Source: Hyphomonadaceae bacterium (lineage in GTDB: Bacteria; Pseudomonadota; Alphaproteobacteria; Caulobacterales; Hyphomonadaceae). Taken from it: 64,000 nucleotides of DNA. The position numbers were made by a program, and so were the translations under genes. The notes below the pieces were generated by a model. That model saw only the letters and a program-made list of their open reading frames with translations. It ran no database searches and was not told the DNA's origin. Each line of letters opens with the position of its first letter. The first letter of the stretch is position 1. Where the stretch lies: NCBI GenBank assembly GCA_035995285.1, contig DASYKO010000118.1, positions 21,211 through 85,210 of the forward strand, in the 5' to 3' direction. Positions 35,001 to 45,271 of the stretch are shown here, piece after piece.

Positions 35001-37478
35001 ATGAGCAGCGCAATCCCAAACCTGGGCAAAGAGAAACTGGTCGTCATCGGCAACGGCATGGCCGGATGCCGCGCGGTGGAGGAAATCCTCAAGCGCGATC
35101 CGAACCGCTACGCCATAACCATGTTCGGTGCAGAGCCGCGGGTGAACTACAACCGCATCATGCTCTCGCCTGTCCTCGCCGGTGAAAAGAAGTTCGAGGA
35201 CATCATCATCAACGGGGTGGAATGGTATCTCGACAACGCCATCACGCTGCACTCGGGCCATAAAGTCACCAGCATCGATCCGGTCAGCCGCACCGTCTTC
35301 GCCGAAGGGGGAGTGGTTGAATCGTACGACAAGCTGATCCTCGCCACCGGATCTGATCCCATCGTGCTCCCGCTACCTGGCGCCAAGTTGCAGGGCGTGG
35401 TCGCCTTCCGCGACATCGACGATGTCGACCGGATGGTGGCGATCTCGGGCCGAGGCGGAAACGCCATCGTCATCGGCGGCGGCCTGCTGGGTCTCGAAGC
35501 AGCCTACGGCCTCGCGCGGCGCGGCATGGGCGCCACCGTCGTCCACCTGATGGATGTGCTGATGGAGCGGCAACTGGACCCATCCGCCGGCCACCTGCTG
35601 GCGGAAGCGCTGAAGGCGCGTGGCGTCGCCACAGTCCTCGGCGCACAGTCGGAGGAAATCCTCGGCGTCAACGGCAAGGTCACTGGTCTTCGCCTCAAGG
35701 GCGGACAGGTCCTCACCTGCGACCTGCTGGTGATGGCCGTCGGCATCAAGGCAAATGCTGCGCTGGGCAGGGAGACGGGGCTCAACGTCAATCGCGGCAT
35801 CGTCGTCGACGATGCGATGCGGACCTCCGATCCCAACATCTTCGCCGTAGGCGAGTGCGCTGAGCATCGCGGCCAGTGTTACGGCCTCGTCGCGCCGATC
35901 TGGGAAATGTGCCGAGCGCTTGCCGATACGCTGACTGGCGCTGCAGGCGCCTATGAAGGCTCCATGCTGTCGACGCGCCTCAAGGTCTCTGGCGTAGACG
36001 TGTTCTCGGCAGGCCGCTTTGCCGGCGGAGAAGGCTGCGAAGACATCGTCTTCCGCGATGCGGGGCGCGGCGTCTACAAGCGGATCGTGCTCGAGAAGGG
36101 CAAAATCGCAGGCGCGGTGCTGTTCGGCGACGCGGTCGACGGCGGCTGGTATTTCGACCTGATGAAGGCCGGGACGGACGTCACTGATCTTCGCGAGACG
36201 CTGATGTTCGGACAGGCGGCGACGGAGGGCCTTCGCGGCCTGGACCCTAGCGCCGCCGTTGCAGCGATGGCTGACGCCGCAGAAGTGTGCGGCTGCAACG
36301 GCGTATGCAAAGGCACGATCACCACCGCCATAATCGAGAAGAAACTTACCAGTCTCGATAGCGTGCGCGCCGTAACGAAAGCTTCCGCGTCATGCGGCAC
36401 GTGCACGCCTCTTGTTGAAAAGCTGCTGAAACTCACGGCGGGGGATGCCGTTGTCGAACACAAGGGACCCAAGCCTGTCTGCCCATGCACCCACTTCGGT
36501 CATGGCATCGTGCGCAAGCGCATCGTGGAGGAGCAGCTCAAGTCCATCCCTGCCGTGATACAGGCTCTGGAATGGTCGACGCCGGATGGCTGCGCATCGT
36601 GCCGTCCCGCTCTCAATTACTATCTGCTCTGCGCCTGGCCGGGCGGCTACAAGGACGATGCGCAGTCGCGCTTCGTCAACGAGCGCGTGCACGCCAACAT
36701 CCAGAAGGACGGCACCTACTCCGTCATCCCGCGCATGTGGGGCGGCATGACGTCTTCCAAAGAGCTCCGCGCCATCGCCGACGTGGTCGACAAGTTCAAC
36801 ATCCCGGCGGTGAAAGTCACCGGCGGCCAGCGCATCGATCTGCTCGGCGTCGAGAAGCACGATCTTCCAGCAGTATGGGCCGATCTCAACGCGGCCGGCA
36901 TGGTCTCCGGCCACGCCTACGGCAAGGCGCTGCGTACGGTGAAGACATGCGTCGGCTCCGAATGGTGCCGCTTCGGCACGCAGGACTCCACCGGCCTCGG
37001 CGTCAAGCTGGAGAAACTGCTCTGGGGATCATGGACGCCGGCCAAAGTGAAGCTCGCCGTCTCCGGCTGTCCGCGCAATTGCGCCGAGGCGACCTGCAAG
37101 GACATCGGGGTGATCTGCGTTGACTCGGGCTACGAGATCCATGTCGGCGGCGCTGCGGGCCTGCACATCAAGGGCACGGAGATCATGGGCAAGGCAAAGA
37201 CCGAGGCCGAAGCCATGGAGATGATCGCGGCCACGCTGCAGCTCTATCGTGAGGAGGGCTACTATCTCGAGCGCGTTTACAAATGGATGGACCGCGTTGG
37301 CCTCAAGTCGATCATCGAGCGCGTGGTCGATGACGCCGAAGAGCGCGCTGCTCTCCATGCCCGCTTCATGCAGGCCCAGGCAACCAGCCAGGACGATCCG
37401 TGGGCCGAGCGCGCCGCCGGCGCCGAAGCATCCGAATTCCAGGGGCTGCGCACGCCTGTGCTGCAGGCCGCCGAATGA
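35001..37478 (+). CDS. nirB: NAD(P)H-dependent assimilatory nitrite reductase large subunit
   Basis: 825 aa. N-terminal KLVVIGNGMAGCRAVEE FAD/NAD motif, BFD-like Cys cluster, and sirohaem/4Fe-4S motifs (CVGSEWCRFG, VSGCPRNCAEA). Confidence 0.95.
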   Translation: MSSAIPNLGKEKLVVIGNGMAGCRAVEEILKRDPNRYAITMFGAEPRVNYNRIMLSPVLAGEKKFEDIIINGVEWYLDNAITLHSGHKVTSIDPVSRTVFAEGGVVESYDKLILATGSDPIVLPLPGAKLQGVVAFRDIDDVDRMVAISGRGGNAIVIGGGLLGLEAAYGLARRGMGATVVHLMDVLMERQLDPSAGHLLAEALKARGVATVLGAQSEEILGVNGKVTGLRLKGGQVLTCDLLVMAVGIKANAALGRETGLNVNRGIVVDDAMRTSDPNIFAVGECAEHRGQCYGLVAPIWEMCRALADTLTGAAGAYEGSMLSTRLKVSGVDVFSAGRFAGGEGCEDIVFRDAGRGVYKRIVLEKGKIAGAVLFGDAVDGGWYFDLMKAGTDVTDLRETLMFGQAATEGLRGLDPSAAVAAMADAAEVCGCNGVCKGTITTAIIEKKLTSLDSVRAVTKASASCGTCTPLVEKLLKLTAGDAVVEHKGPKPVCPCTHFGHGIVRKRIVEEQLKSIPAVIQALEWSTPDGCASCRPALNYYLLCAWPGGYKDDAQSRFVNERVHANIQKDGTYSVIPRMWGGMTSSKELRAIADVVDKFNIPAVKVTGGQRIDLLGVEKHDLPAVWADLNAAGMVSGHAYGKALRTVKTCVGSEWCRFGTQDSTGLGVKLEKLLWGSWTPAKVKLAVSGCPRNCAEATCKDIGVICVDSGYEIHVGGAAGLHIKGTEIMGKAKTEAEAMEMIAATLQLYREEGYYLERVYKWMDRVGLKSIIERVVDDAEERAALHARFMQAQATSQDDPWAERAAGAEASEFQGLRTPVLQAAE

Positions 37479-37822
37479 CCGCCATGATTGTCGAACGCCT
37501 CTGGCTCGATGTCTGCGCGCTGGAGGATATCCCGCAGCGCGGCGCGCGCCGCATCGGCGCCGCTACAAAACCGGTTGCGATTTTCCGCACCGGCGAGGAT
37601 GAGGTCTACGCTCTGGTCGACCGCTGCCCGCACAGACAAGGCCCGCTCAGCATGGGCATCGTGCATGGCTCCGCCGTCACCTGCCCGCTGCACGGCATGA
37701 AGATTGATCTGGCCACTGGCGAGCCCATGGGCGCTGATGCCGGCAAGGGCTGCGCGCCGCGGATCGACGTGAAACTCGAGCGCGGCCGCGTGCTGATTGA
37801 CGCCAGCGCCATCGCTCAATGA
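37475..37822 (+). CDS. nirD: Nitrite reductase small subunit (Rieske-like)
   Basis: MTAMIVERLWLDVCALEDIPQRGARR... with CPHRQGPL and CPLHG motifs. Its ATG overlaps the nirB stop (ATGA). Confidence 0.9.
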   Translation: MTAMIVERLWLDVCALEDIPQRGARRIGAATKPVAIFRTGEDEVYALVDRCPHRQGPLSMGIVHGSAVTCPLHGMKIDLATGEPMGADAGKGCAPRIDVKLERGRVLIDASAIAQ

Positions 37823-40515
37823 GCACAACCACGCCCGGCGACGTTCGCACCACATGCCCCTATTGCGGCGTGGGCTGCGGGCTGATTGCGACGCCGGGCG
37901 AGAACCGCTCGCTGAAGATCAAGCCGGACAAGACGCACCCCGCGAACGAAGGCCGCATCTGCTCCAAGGGCGCGGCGCTGGGCGAGACCATCGGACTTGG
38001 CGGACGCCTGCTCCACCCCATGATCGGCGACAAGCGCGTCAACTGGGATCGCGCTCTCACCCATGTTGCGCGTGGGCTGCAGCGCATCATCGACCGCCAC
38101 GGACCCGACGCCGTCGCCTTCTACGTCTCCGGCCAGCTGCTGACCGAGGACTACTACGCCGCCAACAAGCTGATGAAGGGGTTCATCGGCTCGGGCAACA
38201 TCGACACCAACTCGCGCCTCTGCATGGCCTCCGCCGTCGCCGCGCACACGCAGGCCTTCGGCGGCGATTTTGTGCCGGGCTGCTATGAGGACATTGACCT
38301 CGCCGATCTTGTCGTGATGACCGGTCACAACGCGGCGTGGACACATCCGGTGCTGTTCCGGCGCATGGAAGCGGCGCGCAACCACGGCCAGCGCCATGTG
38401 GTGATCGATCCCCGGCGCACGGAAACGGCAGACGTCGCCGACTTGCACCTGCCGCTGGCCCCGCAGATGGATGTGCGGCTGTGGAACGGCCTGCTAGCGG
38501 ATCTGATCCGGCGCAACGCCATCGATCGCACCTACATCGCGGCGCATGTCTCTGGCTTCCATGACATCGAAGTAGCGCTCTCCGAGGCAGATCAATCCGT
38601 CTCCGCCGTGGCCGCCGATTGCGGCGTTGAACCCGCTGACCTCGAACGCTTCTTCCGCATGTTCGCTGAGACGCCGCGCACGGTGAGTCTCTTCTCGATG
38701 GGCGCGAACCAGTCGGCGCAGGGCGTGGCCAAAGGCCTGTCTGTCATCAACGCCCACCTCGCCACCGGCCGTATCGGCAAGCCCGGCGCCTGCCCGTTCT
38801 CCATCACCGGCCAGCCCAACGCGATGGGCGGGCGCGAGACGGGCGGCATGGCCAACACGCTCGCTGCGCACATGGGGTTCGATGACGCCTCGCGCGACCG
38901 CGTGCAGCGCTTCTGGTCCTCGCCCACTATCGCGCCGAAGCCGGGCCTCAAGGCCGTCGACATGTTCGAGGCCATCCACGACGGGCGTATCAAGGCGGTC
39001 TGGGTGATGGCGACCAACCCGGCAGTCAGCCTGCCGAATTCCAACCGTATCCGCGAGGCGCTGGCGAAGTGTCCGCTGGTGATCGTGTCCGACTGTATGG
39101 CTGAAACCGACACCATGGCGTTCGCGCATGTGAAGCTGCCGGCGATGGCCTGGAGCGAGAAGGACGGCTCAGTCACCAATTCCGAGCGCCGCATCTCGCG
39201 CCAACGCGCAAGCTTGCCCGCGGCGGGCGAGGCGCGATCCGACTGGAGCATCATCGCTGGCGTTGGCGCCCGGATGGGTCACCGCGACGCCTTCGTCTGG
39301 CGCAATCAGGCCGATGTATTCCGCGAATATGCGCGCCTGACCGCTTACGAGAATCTTGGCCCAGAGGGCAATGGCCGCCTGCTCGACCTATCTTCGCTCG
39401 TCGGCATGACGGATGCGGATTATGACGCGTTCGAGCCGGCCCAGTGGCCGTTGCGCTCACGTGCAGGCACGCCGCGCCTGTTCACCGATCGCGTCTTTCC
39501 CCGTCCCGATGGACGCGCTCGCATGGTCGCCGTGCGAGCCAAAGGCCCTGCCGAGCCGGTCAGCCTGCGTTATCCGCTCTCGCTCAACACCGGCCGCATC
39601 CGCGATCAGTGGCATACCATGACACGCACTGCGCTCTCGCCTGCCCTTATGCGCCACATCCCCGAACCGTTCGTGGAGATCCACCCACAGGATGCCGCTG
39701 CCTCCGGCGTGATTGACGGCCGCCTCACCTGTATCGAGACGGCGCGCGGAGAAACCGTGGCCCTCGCCCGCGTGACGGACCGCCAGCGCCGCGGCTCCAT
39801 CTTTATGCCGATGCACTGGACAGACGCCTTCGCACCGAGCGCCCGCTGCAACGCCAATGTTAGCGGCCCGGTCGATCCTGTCTCCGGCCAGCCCGAGTTC
39901 AAGCACACGCCAGCCCGCATCTACGGCTATCGCGAGACCTGGGCAGGCTTCTACATCGCACGTGAGGCCGCCCCACTCCCCAAAGGCGCCGACGTGATCT
40001 GGCGCCGCATCCCGCAGGCCGGCGCGCATCTCCACGAATTCGCGGGCCGGGGTGACGCATCCGAACGCGACCTTATCTCCAAGGCTCTCCTGCGCGACGC
40101 CGAAGGCGACTTTGTGCGGTTCGACGATCCCGCCGCGCGTTCCTCCCGACAGGCTTGGATTAGCAATGGGCGGCTCGACCGCGTGCTGTTCTTCGGCCAG
40201 CGCCTGCCGCCGCGCGACTGGCTCGTCACCGCCTTCGCGGAGGAGCAGCTCTCCGACGACACGCGCCGCTTCCTGCTGCATGGCCGCGCGCCGAATGCCG
40301 TGCTGGACACCAGCCCGATCGTCTGCGCCTGCGCAGGCATCACCTCCCGCACCATCACCTCCGCCATTTCCGCAGGCGCCTGTACGCTCGATGCGGTAGG
40401 CGAGACGACGCGCGCGGGGATGACATGCGGCTCGTGCCGCACCGAGATTTCCCGGCTTATCGCCGAAGCGCCTGCCCCGGCCAACCTCAAGACAGAGAAC
40501 CGCAATGCCGCATGA
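37819..40515 (+). CDS. nasA: Assimilatory nitrate reductase catalytic subunit (molybdopterin; C-terminal BFD-like 2Fe-2S domain)
   Basis: N-terminal TTCPYCGVGCGL 4Fe-4S motif, MopB domains, and C-terminal CACAGITSRT...GMTCGSCR. Overlaps the nirD stop (ATGA). Confidence 0.93.
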   Translation: MSTTTPGDVRTTCPYCGVGCGLIATPGENRSLKIKPDKTHPANEGRICSKGAALGETIGLGGRLLHPMIGDKRVNWDRALTHVARGLQRIIDRHGPDAVAFYVSGQLLTEDYYAANKLMKGFIGSGNIDTNSRLCMASAVAAHTQAFGGDFVPGCYEDIDLADLVVMTGHNAAWTHPVLFRRMEAARNHGQRHVVIDPRRTETADVADLHLPLAPQMDVRLWNGLLADLIRRNAIDRTYIAAHVSGFHDIEVALSEADQSVSAVAADCGVEPADLERFFRMFAETPRTVSLFSMGANQSAQGVAKGLSVINAHLATGRIGKPGACPFSITGQPNAMGGRETGGMANTLAAHMGFDDASRDRVQRFWSSPTIAPKPGLKAVDMFEAIHDGRIKAVWVMATNPAVSLPNSNRIREALAKCPLVIVSDCMAETDTMAFAHVKLPAMAWSEKDGSVTNSERRISRQRASLPAAGEARSDWSIIAGVGARMGHRDAFVWRNQADVFREYARLTAYENLGPEGNGRLLDLSSLVGMTDADYDAFEPAQWPLRSRAGTPRLFTDRVFPRPDGRARMVAVRAKGPAEPVSLRYPLSLNTGRIRDQWHTMTRTALSPALMRHIPEPFVEIHPQDAAASGVIDGRLTCIETARGETVALARVTDRQRRGSIFMPMHWTDAFAPSARCNANVSGPVDPVSGQPEFKHTPARIYGYRETWAGFYIAREAAPLPKGADVIWRRIPQAGAHLHEFAGRGDASERDLISKALLRDAEGDFVRFDDPAARSSRQAWISNGRLDRVLFFGQRLPPRDWLVTAFAEEQLSDDTRRFLLHGRAPNAVLDTSPIVCACAGITSRTITSAISAGACTLDAVGETTRAGMTCGSCRTEISRLIAEAPAPANLKTENRNAA

Positions 40516-41302
40516 CAGAGACCCGGTTAGGCGCGGCCGCGTCCAGCTCGTCGGCGCCGGTCCGGGCGCGGCGGACCTCCTCACCCTCCGCGCGCTTCGA
40601 GCCATAGAGAGCGCCGACGTCATCCTCTACGACGCCCTTGTCGGAGACGAGATCCGCGCATTCTTTCCTGCCTCGGCCCGCGCGATCGCGACCGGCAAGC
40701 GCGGCCATCGCGCTTCGACATCGCAGGACTTCATCAATCGCCTGATGGTGCGCTTTGCCCGGACAGGCGCAACCGTCGTGCGCCTCAAGGGCGGCGATCC
40801 ATCCATCTTCGGCCGCGCGGCGGAGGAGCGCGCCTTTGTCGAGGCGCAAGGCATCGATGTGGACATCATCCCCGGCATAACGACGGCGAGCGCCGCCGCC
40901 GCGCAATTCGGCTTTTCGCTGACTGCCCGCCAAAGGGCGAGGCGCGTCATCTTCGCCACGGGCCGAACACTCGACGGCGCTGCCGAGAGCTGGCGCGCCG
41001 CTGCGGACCCTGAGACGACCCTCTGCCTCTACATGGGATGCGCCGACATCAGTGCGATTGCCGCGCGCCTCATCGCTGCCGGTCTTGATGGCAATACACC
41101 GGCGCTCGCCGCGCTCGACGTTTCGAGGGCGGGCGCGAGCCTCATTCGCTCGACCCTGGCCGGCCTGCCGGCCGACCTATCCAACGTGAGCTCGGGCGCG
41201 CCCGTGTTTATCTGCATCGGCGCCGTCGCCGCTGACGCGAGCGAGCAACACCTTCCCGAACAGCAGGAAATCCTCCTCGCAGCGCAAGGCATGTCTCGAT
41301 GA
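40505..41302 (+). CDS. cobA: Uroporphyrinogen-III C-methyltransferase (SUMT domain only)
   Basis: VQLVGAGPGAADLLTLRALRAIESADVILYDALV. 265 aa. No CysG-type N-terminal dehydrogenase/ferrochelatase domain. Overlaps nasA by 11 nt. Confidence 0.9.
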   Translation: MPHDRDPVRRGRVQLVGAGPGAADLLTLRALRAIESADVILYDALVGDEIRAFFPASARAIATGKRGHRASTSQDFINRLMVRFARTGATVVRLKGGDPSIFGRAAEERAFVEAQGIDVDIIPGITTASAAAAQFGFSLTARQRARRVIFATGRTLDGAAESWRAAADPETTLCLYMGCADISAIAARLIAAGLDGNTPALAALDVSRAGASLIRSTLAGLPADLSNVSSGAPVFICIGAVAADASEQHLPEQQEILLAAQGMSR

Positions 41303-41808
41303 ACACCGTCCAGGTCCAGATCAACGCTGTAGGCATCCCGCTCGGCGATGAGCACCGCGTCTTCGGTTTCGAAGCCGACTTCGCCCAGGACCTGCGCTGC
41401 ATCCCAATGGTCGTGCGCTTCAAGCTGGACCGCTGCGGAATCAAGCTGTCGCTGAAACAATGGTCGAGATTTGGGCGTGAGAACCGCGCGGCGCTGCTCA
41501 TCCGGCGCTGCGATACAGCGAAGGAGGCCGGCAGCTATCGAGAGACGCTGATAGATCTCGTGGAGACATGCGGAGGCGGCGGCGTGGCATGGCTCGCCCC
41601 GGATCCCGCACCTGTGTGGGCTGAAGAACGGCAGGTTCCGCTCCCGGTGGTCGAACAGGCTGCACGCTCAGGCATCGCCCCGCCCTTGGCCGGCCATTGG
41701 GCGCGCCTTGCCCCGATCGAACGTTTCGCGCTCGTGAAACTTGCCCGCTCCAACCATGACAACGACAACTTCCTGCCGGCCATGCGCGAGTTCGGTCTCA
41801 TCCCCTAG
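41299..41808 (+). CDS. Nitrate reductase-associated protein (conserved hypothetical, TIGR02664-like)
   Basis: 169 aa. Its ATG overlaps the cobA stop (ATGA). Family recalled from its typical position next to assimilatory nitrate reductase genes; not searched. Confidence 0.7.
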   Translation: MNTVQVQINAVGIPLGDEHRVFGFEADFAQDLRCIPMVVRFKLDRCGIKLSLKQWSRFGRENRAALLIRRCDTAKEAGSYRETLIDLVETCGGGGVAWLAPDPAPVWAEERQVPLPVVEQAARSGIAPPLAGHWARLAPIERFALVKLARSNHDNDNFLPAMREFGLIP

Positions 41809-42225
41809 ACGCTGCCTAGCGCCGCAACGCAGCCAGCGCCGATGAACCGGGACGATCCTTCCGCAAGAAATTTTCCGAAAACCAGCGTCATGAGTTGTGC
41901 TGCGACGCGAAAGAAAATCTCGGGTGCGCTGATACCGGTTCGTTCGGCAGGAACCTCTGCGCTGTTGGCTGCCGTTACGGTGGATTAGGGAACTCCTGAG
42001 TGCGCCTCCGCCGAAGCGTCGCCGTCTGAATTGCGGCGTCGCAGTAATCGACATGCAACCCGCGATCGCGATGCCGTCATGGCTGACGCTGCGGCGCCGT
42101 TGACGCGTTTCCGCGTGAGGCAGAGCCTCCCCTTTGCGCGAACTGCAAGAGCAGACACAGCGTCGGCGCATGATCGCCAAGCACAGCGCCGTTGGGAGGA
42201 CATCTGCATTGGGGAGAAGCGTCCT

Positions 42226-45180
42226 ATGGCGCGTATGCATCGCATTTCACTTGTCAGCTTAGCCGTTCTCGGTTTCGCCATGCCCGCTGTCGCGCAAAAC
42301 GCGCCGCAACCGGCGCCACAGGCCGAGCAGCCACAGAGCCGCGCAGACCAACGGGCAAGCGACGTCGTCGTGGTGACGGCGCAAAAGCGCGAAGAAACCG
42401 TCCAGGACATTGCGATTGCCGTCACGGCCATAACGGACGAGCTTCGCGACGAGATCGGCCTGACGACGGTGCAGGATTACACCAACTTCGCCCCCGGCCT
42501 TTCCTACTCGACCGCCAACGATCGCCTCGGCATGCGCGGCGTGACGCGCACGTCGAACAATTTCGGCATCCGTTCGGGCATCTCGAACTATGTCGACGGC
42601 GTCTACTTCTCGTCCGCCATTCCCGCGAGCCGCGAGACGATCTTCGTGGATCGCGTGGAAGTGGTGCGCGGCCCGCAGGGCACGCTCTATGGCCGCGACT
42701 CGATCGGCGGCGCCCTCAACGTCATCACCAAGCGCCCGACGGACGAGTTCGAAGGGCAGATGAACATGGGGGGCGGCGACTTCGACTCGCGGAAGATCGA
42801 GATGACCCTCGCCGGCCCCATCACGGACTGGCTGCGTTATCGCGTGGGCGCATCGCGCAACTTCCAGGGCGAAGGCTATTTCAAAAACGTTGCGGGCCTG
42901 GAGTCGGAAGGCGGCCGGCGCGACGACACCTATGTCGAGGCCCAGCTTGAAGGCGATATCGGCGAGCGCTTTGACTGGTGGGCGCGGTACGGAAGGCTGA
43001 GCTGGCATCGCGTCGGCGCGCCCGGCGGCCGCACCGGCGCCGGCGATTCCGAGGCCTATGACACGCGCCTGTTCGGCGCGCCTGGCGGCGCCAACATCAA
43101 CAGCCTCTTCGGCATGAGCCCCGTGGCGCAGAACGTTGTGCAGCTGGGCAGCCAGAAGACCAACCCGAACGCCGGCCGGTCCGAGCAGCGCAGCTTCAAC
43201 ACGGACTTCACGCAGTTCACCGATCTTTTTCCGACGACGGAAGGCGCGATCGAGGCCACCTACCACGCTGACAATTTCGACGTGAAATATCTCGGCGGCT
43301 ATGTCTGGTATCACTACAATCTGCAGATCGATAACGACGGCGGTCCCGTCAGGAGTTTTACTCTCCCGGTCGCCTTGAACGGCACACCCGCCGGCACGCC
43401 GCTCTCAGTGGCCCGCGTCACCGACTACAACGAGAACCGCGCCTGGTACTCCAACGAGATCAACATCACCTCGACGGGAGACGGGCCGCTTTCGTGGATC
43501 ACCGGCCTCTATCAGTACCAGGAAAACTACAGCCAGCCGGTCTACGTCACCTCGCTTCCGGCAATCGGCCAGCCGGTCTTCCGGGTGGACGGCCTCATCC
43601 TGCCGGATCTTGCGGACTTCAACGGGCGCAACGACCATTCGGGTTCGCCCGTTGGCGGCGATCTCTGGTATTTCTCCAACAACAAGGGCCTGAACAACGC
43701 CTACGGCGCCTTCCTGCAGGGCGACTATCAGTTCAACGACCAATGGAAAGTCACGGCAGGCATACGCTGGTCGAAGGACGTGATGAATGGCGCAGACCAG
43801 ATCCGCTACATCGCCCACTACGCCGTTGATCTCGGCGGCCCTGCGCGCGTCGACCTGACGTCGGCCGCAAACAACATCTTCGGCGGCCCGGATCCGACGA
43901 CAGTGACACCCGCCAACCCGTGCGGGCTCGCGGGCAAGGGTATCGTGAACGCCAATCCGACGCCGGCCAACAGCGTGCCGGATGACGGGCCTTTCGGCAT
44001 CGTGTTCAACTGCGGCGGCATCAACGACCGCAGCCGCTATGGCATCTACGTCGATCCCACGACAGGCGTCGCCACGCGCCAGCTGGCGGCTTCGTGGAAC
44101 GAGGTCACGGGCGTGCTCGGCCTCGACTGGACGCCGGACAAGGACACGCTGGTGTACGGCAAATACAATCGCGGCTACAAACCAGGCGGCCTCGGCTGCT
44201 CCGACGTGAACTGCAACCTCACGGTCACGCCCTACACAGACAAGGAGCTGGTCGACGCCTTCGAGCTTGGCTTCAAGCGCGAATGGCGGGACTGGAATCT
44301 CACCACAAACGCGACGGCGTTTTACTACGACTACCAGGGCTACCAGGTTCCGAACACCATCGTTCCCGAACCGGTCGGCGGCATCCGGCCGCCGCCTTAT
44401 GTGGCCTACGTCAACCTGCCCGAGGTGCACACAAGCGGCTTCGAGCTGGAGACGACCTGGTATCCGACCGACAACCTGCGCTTCCTAGTGAACTACGGCT
44501 ACACGAATCCGGAAATCATGGAATCGCCGAGCCTGATCGACGATCTCGACCCGTTTGCGCTGGACCCGAGCGCACGGCCGCAGGGCGCCCCAGTCCCGCA
44601 CTCGGCGGCGCAAGCGGCGCAGTGCAATCCGGCGCAAGGAGGAACCAACGCGGGGGCGCCGATCGGCGCGCCCAACTGCACCCGGCAGCAGGGCCAGTCG
44701 CTGGAAGGCAACATCCTGCCGTTCAGCCCGAAGAACAAGATCGCGGTCGTCGGAACCTATACCTGGGACTTCGAAGACGGATCTACGCTGGACGCCTCGC
44801 TCAGCTATTTCTGGCAGGACATCGCCTTCTCATCGGTCTTCAACCGCTGGGCCAACAAGATGCCGTCGTGGGACCAGACCGATGGCCGCATCAGCTGGAC
44901 CAGCCCGAACGGCACGTTCACGCTCATAGGCTTCGTGCGGAACATCTTCGAGGAGCTGCAGTATGACGAGCGCAGCGGCGGCCGCCGCATCGCTGGCAGC
45001 GCACTCGGCGTTCCGGGAAGGCGCGACGTTCCCGCGCTTGAACGCTGCGGGGCGAGCGCAGCAACGACGATCGGGTTCGGCATAGACCCGACCGGCTATC
45101 TGCCGAGCGACTGCCTAACCGTGACGGACACCTATCGTCCGCCGCGGACCTTCGGCGCGGAACTGCAGTTCCGGTTCTAG
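42226..45180 (+). CDS. TonB-dependent outer-membrane receptor
   Basis: Start moved to ATG 42226 (MARMHRISLVSLAVLGFAMPAVAQN), which has GGGGAGAAG upstream. Plug motif VVVTAQKREETVQDI. C-terminal ...GAELQFRF. Confidence 0.9.
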   Translation: MARMHRISLVSLAVLGFAMPAVAQNAPQPAPQAEQPQSRADQRASDVVVVTAQKREETVQDIAIAVTAITDELRDEIGLTTVQDYTNFAPGLSYSTANDRLGMRGVTRTSNNFGIRSGISNYVDGVYFSSAIPASRETIFVDRVEVVRGPQGTLYGRDSIGGALNVITKRPTDEFEGQMNMGGGDFDSRKIEMTLAGPITDWLRYRVGASRNFQGEGYFKNVAGLESEGGRRDDTYVEAQLEGDIGERFDWWARYGRLSWHRVGAPGGRTGAGDSEAYDTRLFGAPGGANINSLFGMSPVAQNVVQLGSQKTNPNAGRSEQRSFNTDFTQFTDLFPTTEGAIEATYHADNFDVKYLGGYVWYHYNLQIDNDGGPVRSFTLPVALNGTPAGTPLSVARVTDYNENRAWYSNEINITSTGDGPLSWITGLYQYQENYSQPVYVTSLPAIGQPVFRVDGLILPDLADFNGRNDHSGSPVGGDLWYFSNNKGLNNAYGAFLQGDYQFNDQWKVTAGIRWSKDVMNGADQIRYIAHYAVDLGGPARVDLTSAANNIFGGPDPTTVTPANPCGLAGKGIVNANPTPANSVPDDGPFGIVFNCGGINDRSRYGIYVDPTTGVATRQLAASWNEVTGVLGLDWTPDKDTLVYGKYNRGYKPGGLGCSDVNCNLTVTPYTDKELVDAFELGFKREWRDWNLTTNATAFYYDYQGYQVPNTIVPEPVGGIRPPPYVAYVNLPEVHTSGFELETTWYPTDNLRFLVNYGYTNPEIMESPSLIDDLDPFALDPSARPQGAPVPHSAAQAAQCNPAQGGTNAGAPIGAPNCTRQQGQSLEGNILPFSPKNKIAVVGTYTWDFEDGSTLDASLSYFWQDIAFSSVFNRWANKMPSWDQTDGRISWTSPNGTFTLIGFVRNIFEELQYDERSGGRRIAGSALGVPGRRDVPALERCGASAATTIGFGIDPTGYLPSDCLTVTDTYRPPRTFGAELQFRF

Positions 45181-45271
45181 AAGACCCCTTCCCGATGGCG
45201 GCTCCCGCTATTGGCACTGAGCGCCGGCCTTATCCAACAGGTCGGCGCGCTTCTTTTGCCGCCGGCGGGAC

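Noticed and set aside
41919-42000. TPP-riboswitch-like motifs (GGGTGCGCTGATA ... GAACCT ... AGGGAA) upstream of the second TonB-dependent receptor
   Set aside because: The order of the motifs recalls the THI element, but CTGAGA is CTGATA here. There is no P3 helix between GGGTGC and CTGA, and no P1 pairing. The pyrophosphate-sensor helix is not recoverable. The element would also sit about 230 nt from the start codon. It is probably chance, and only a covariance-model scan could revive it.
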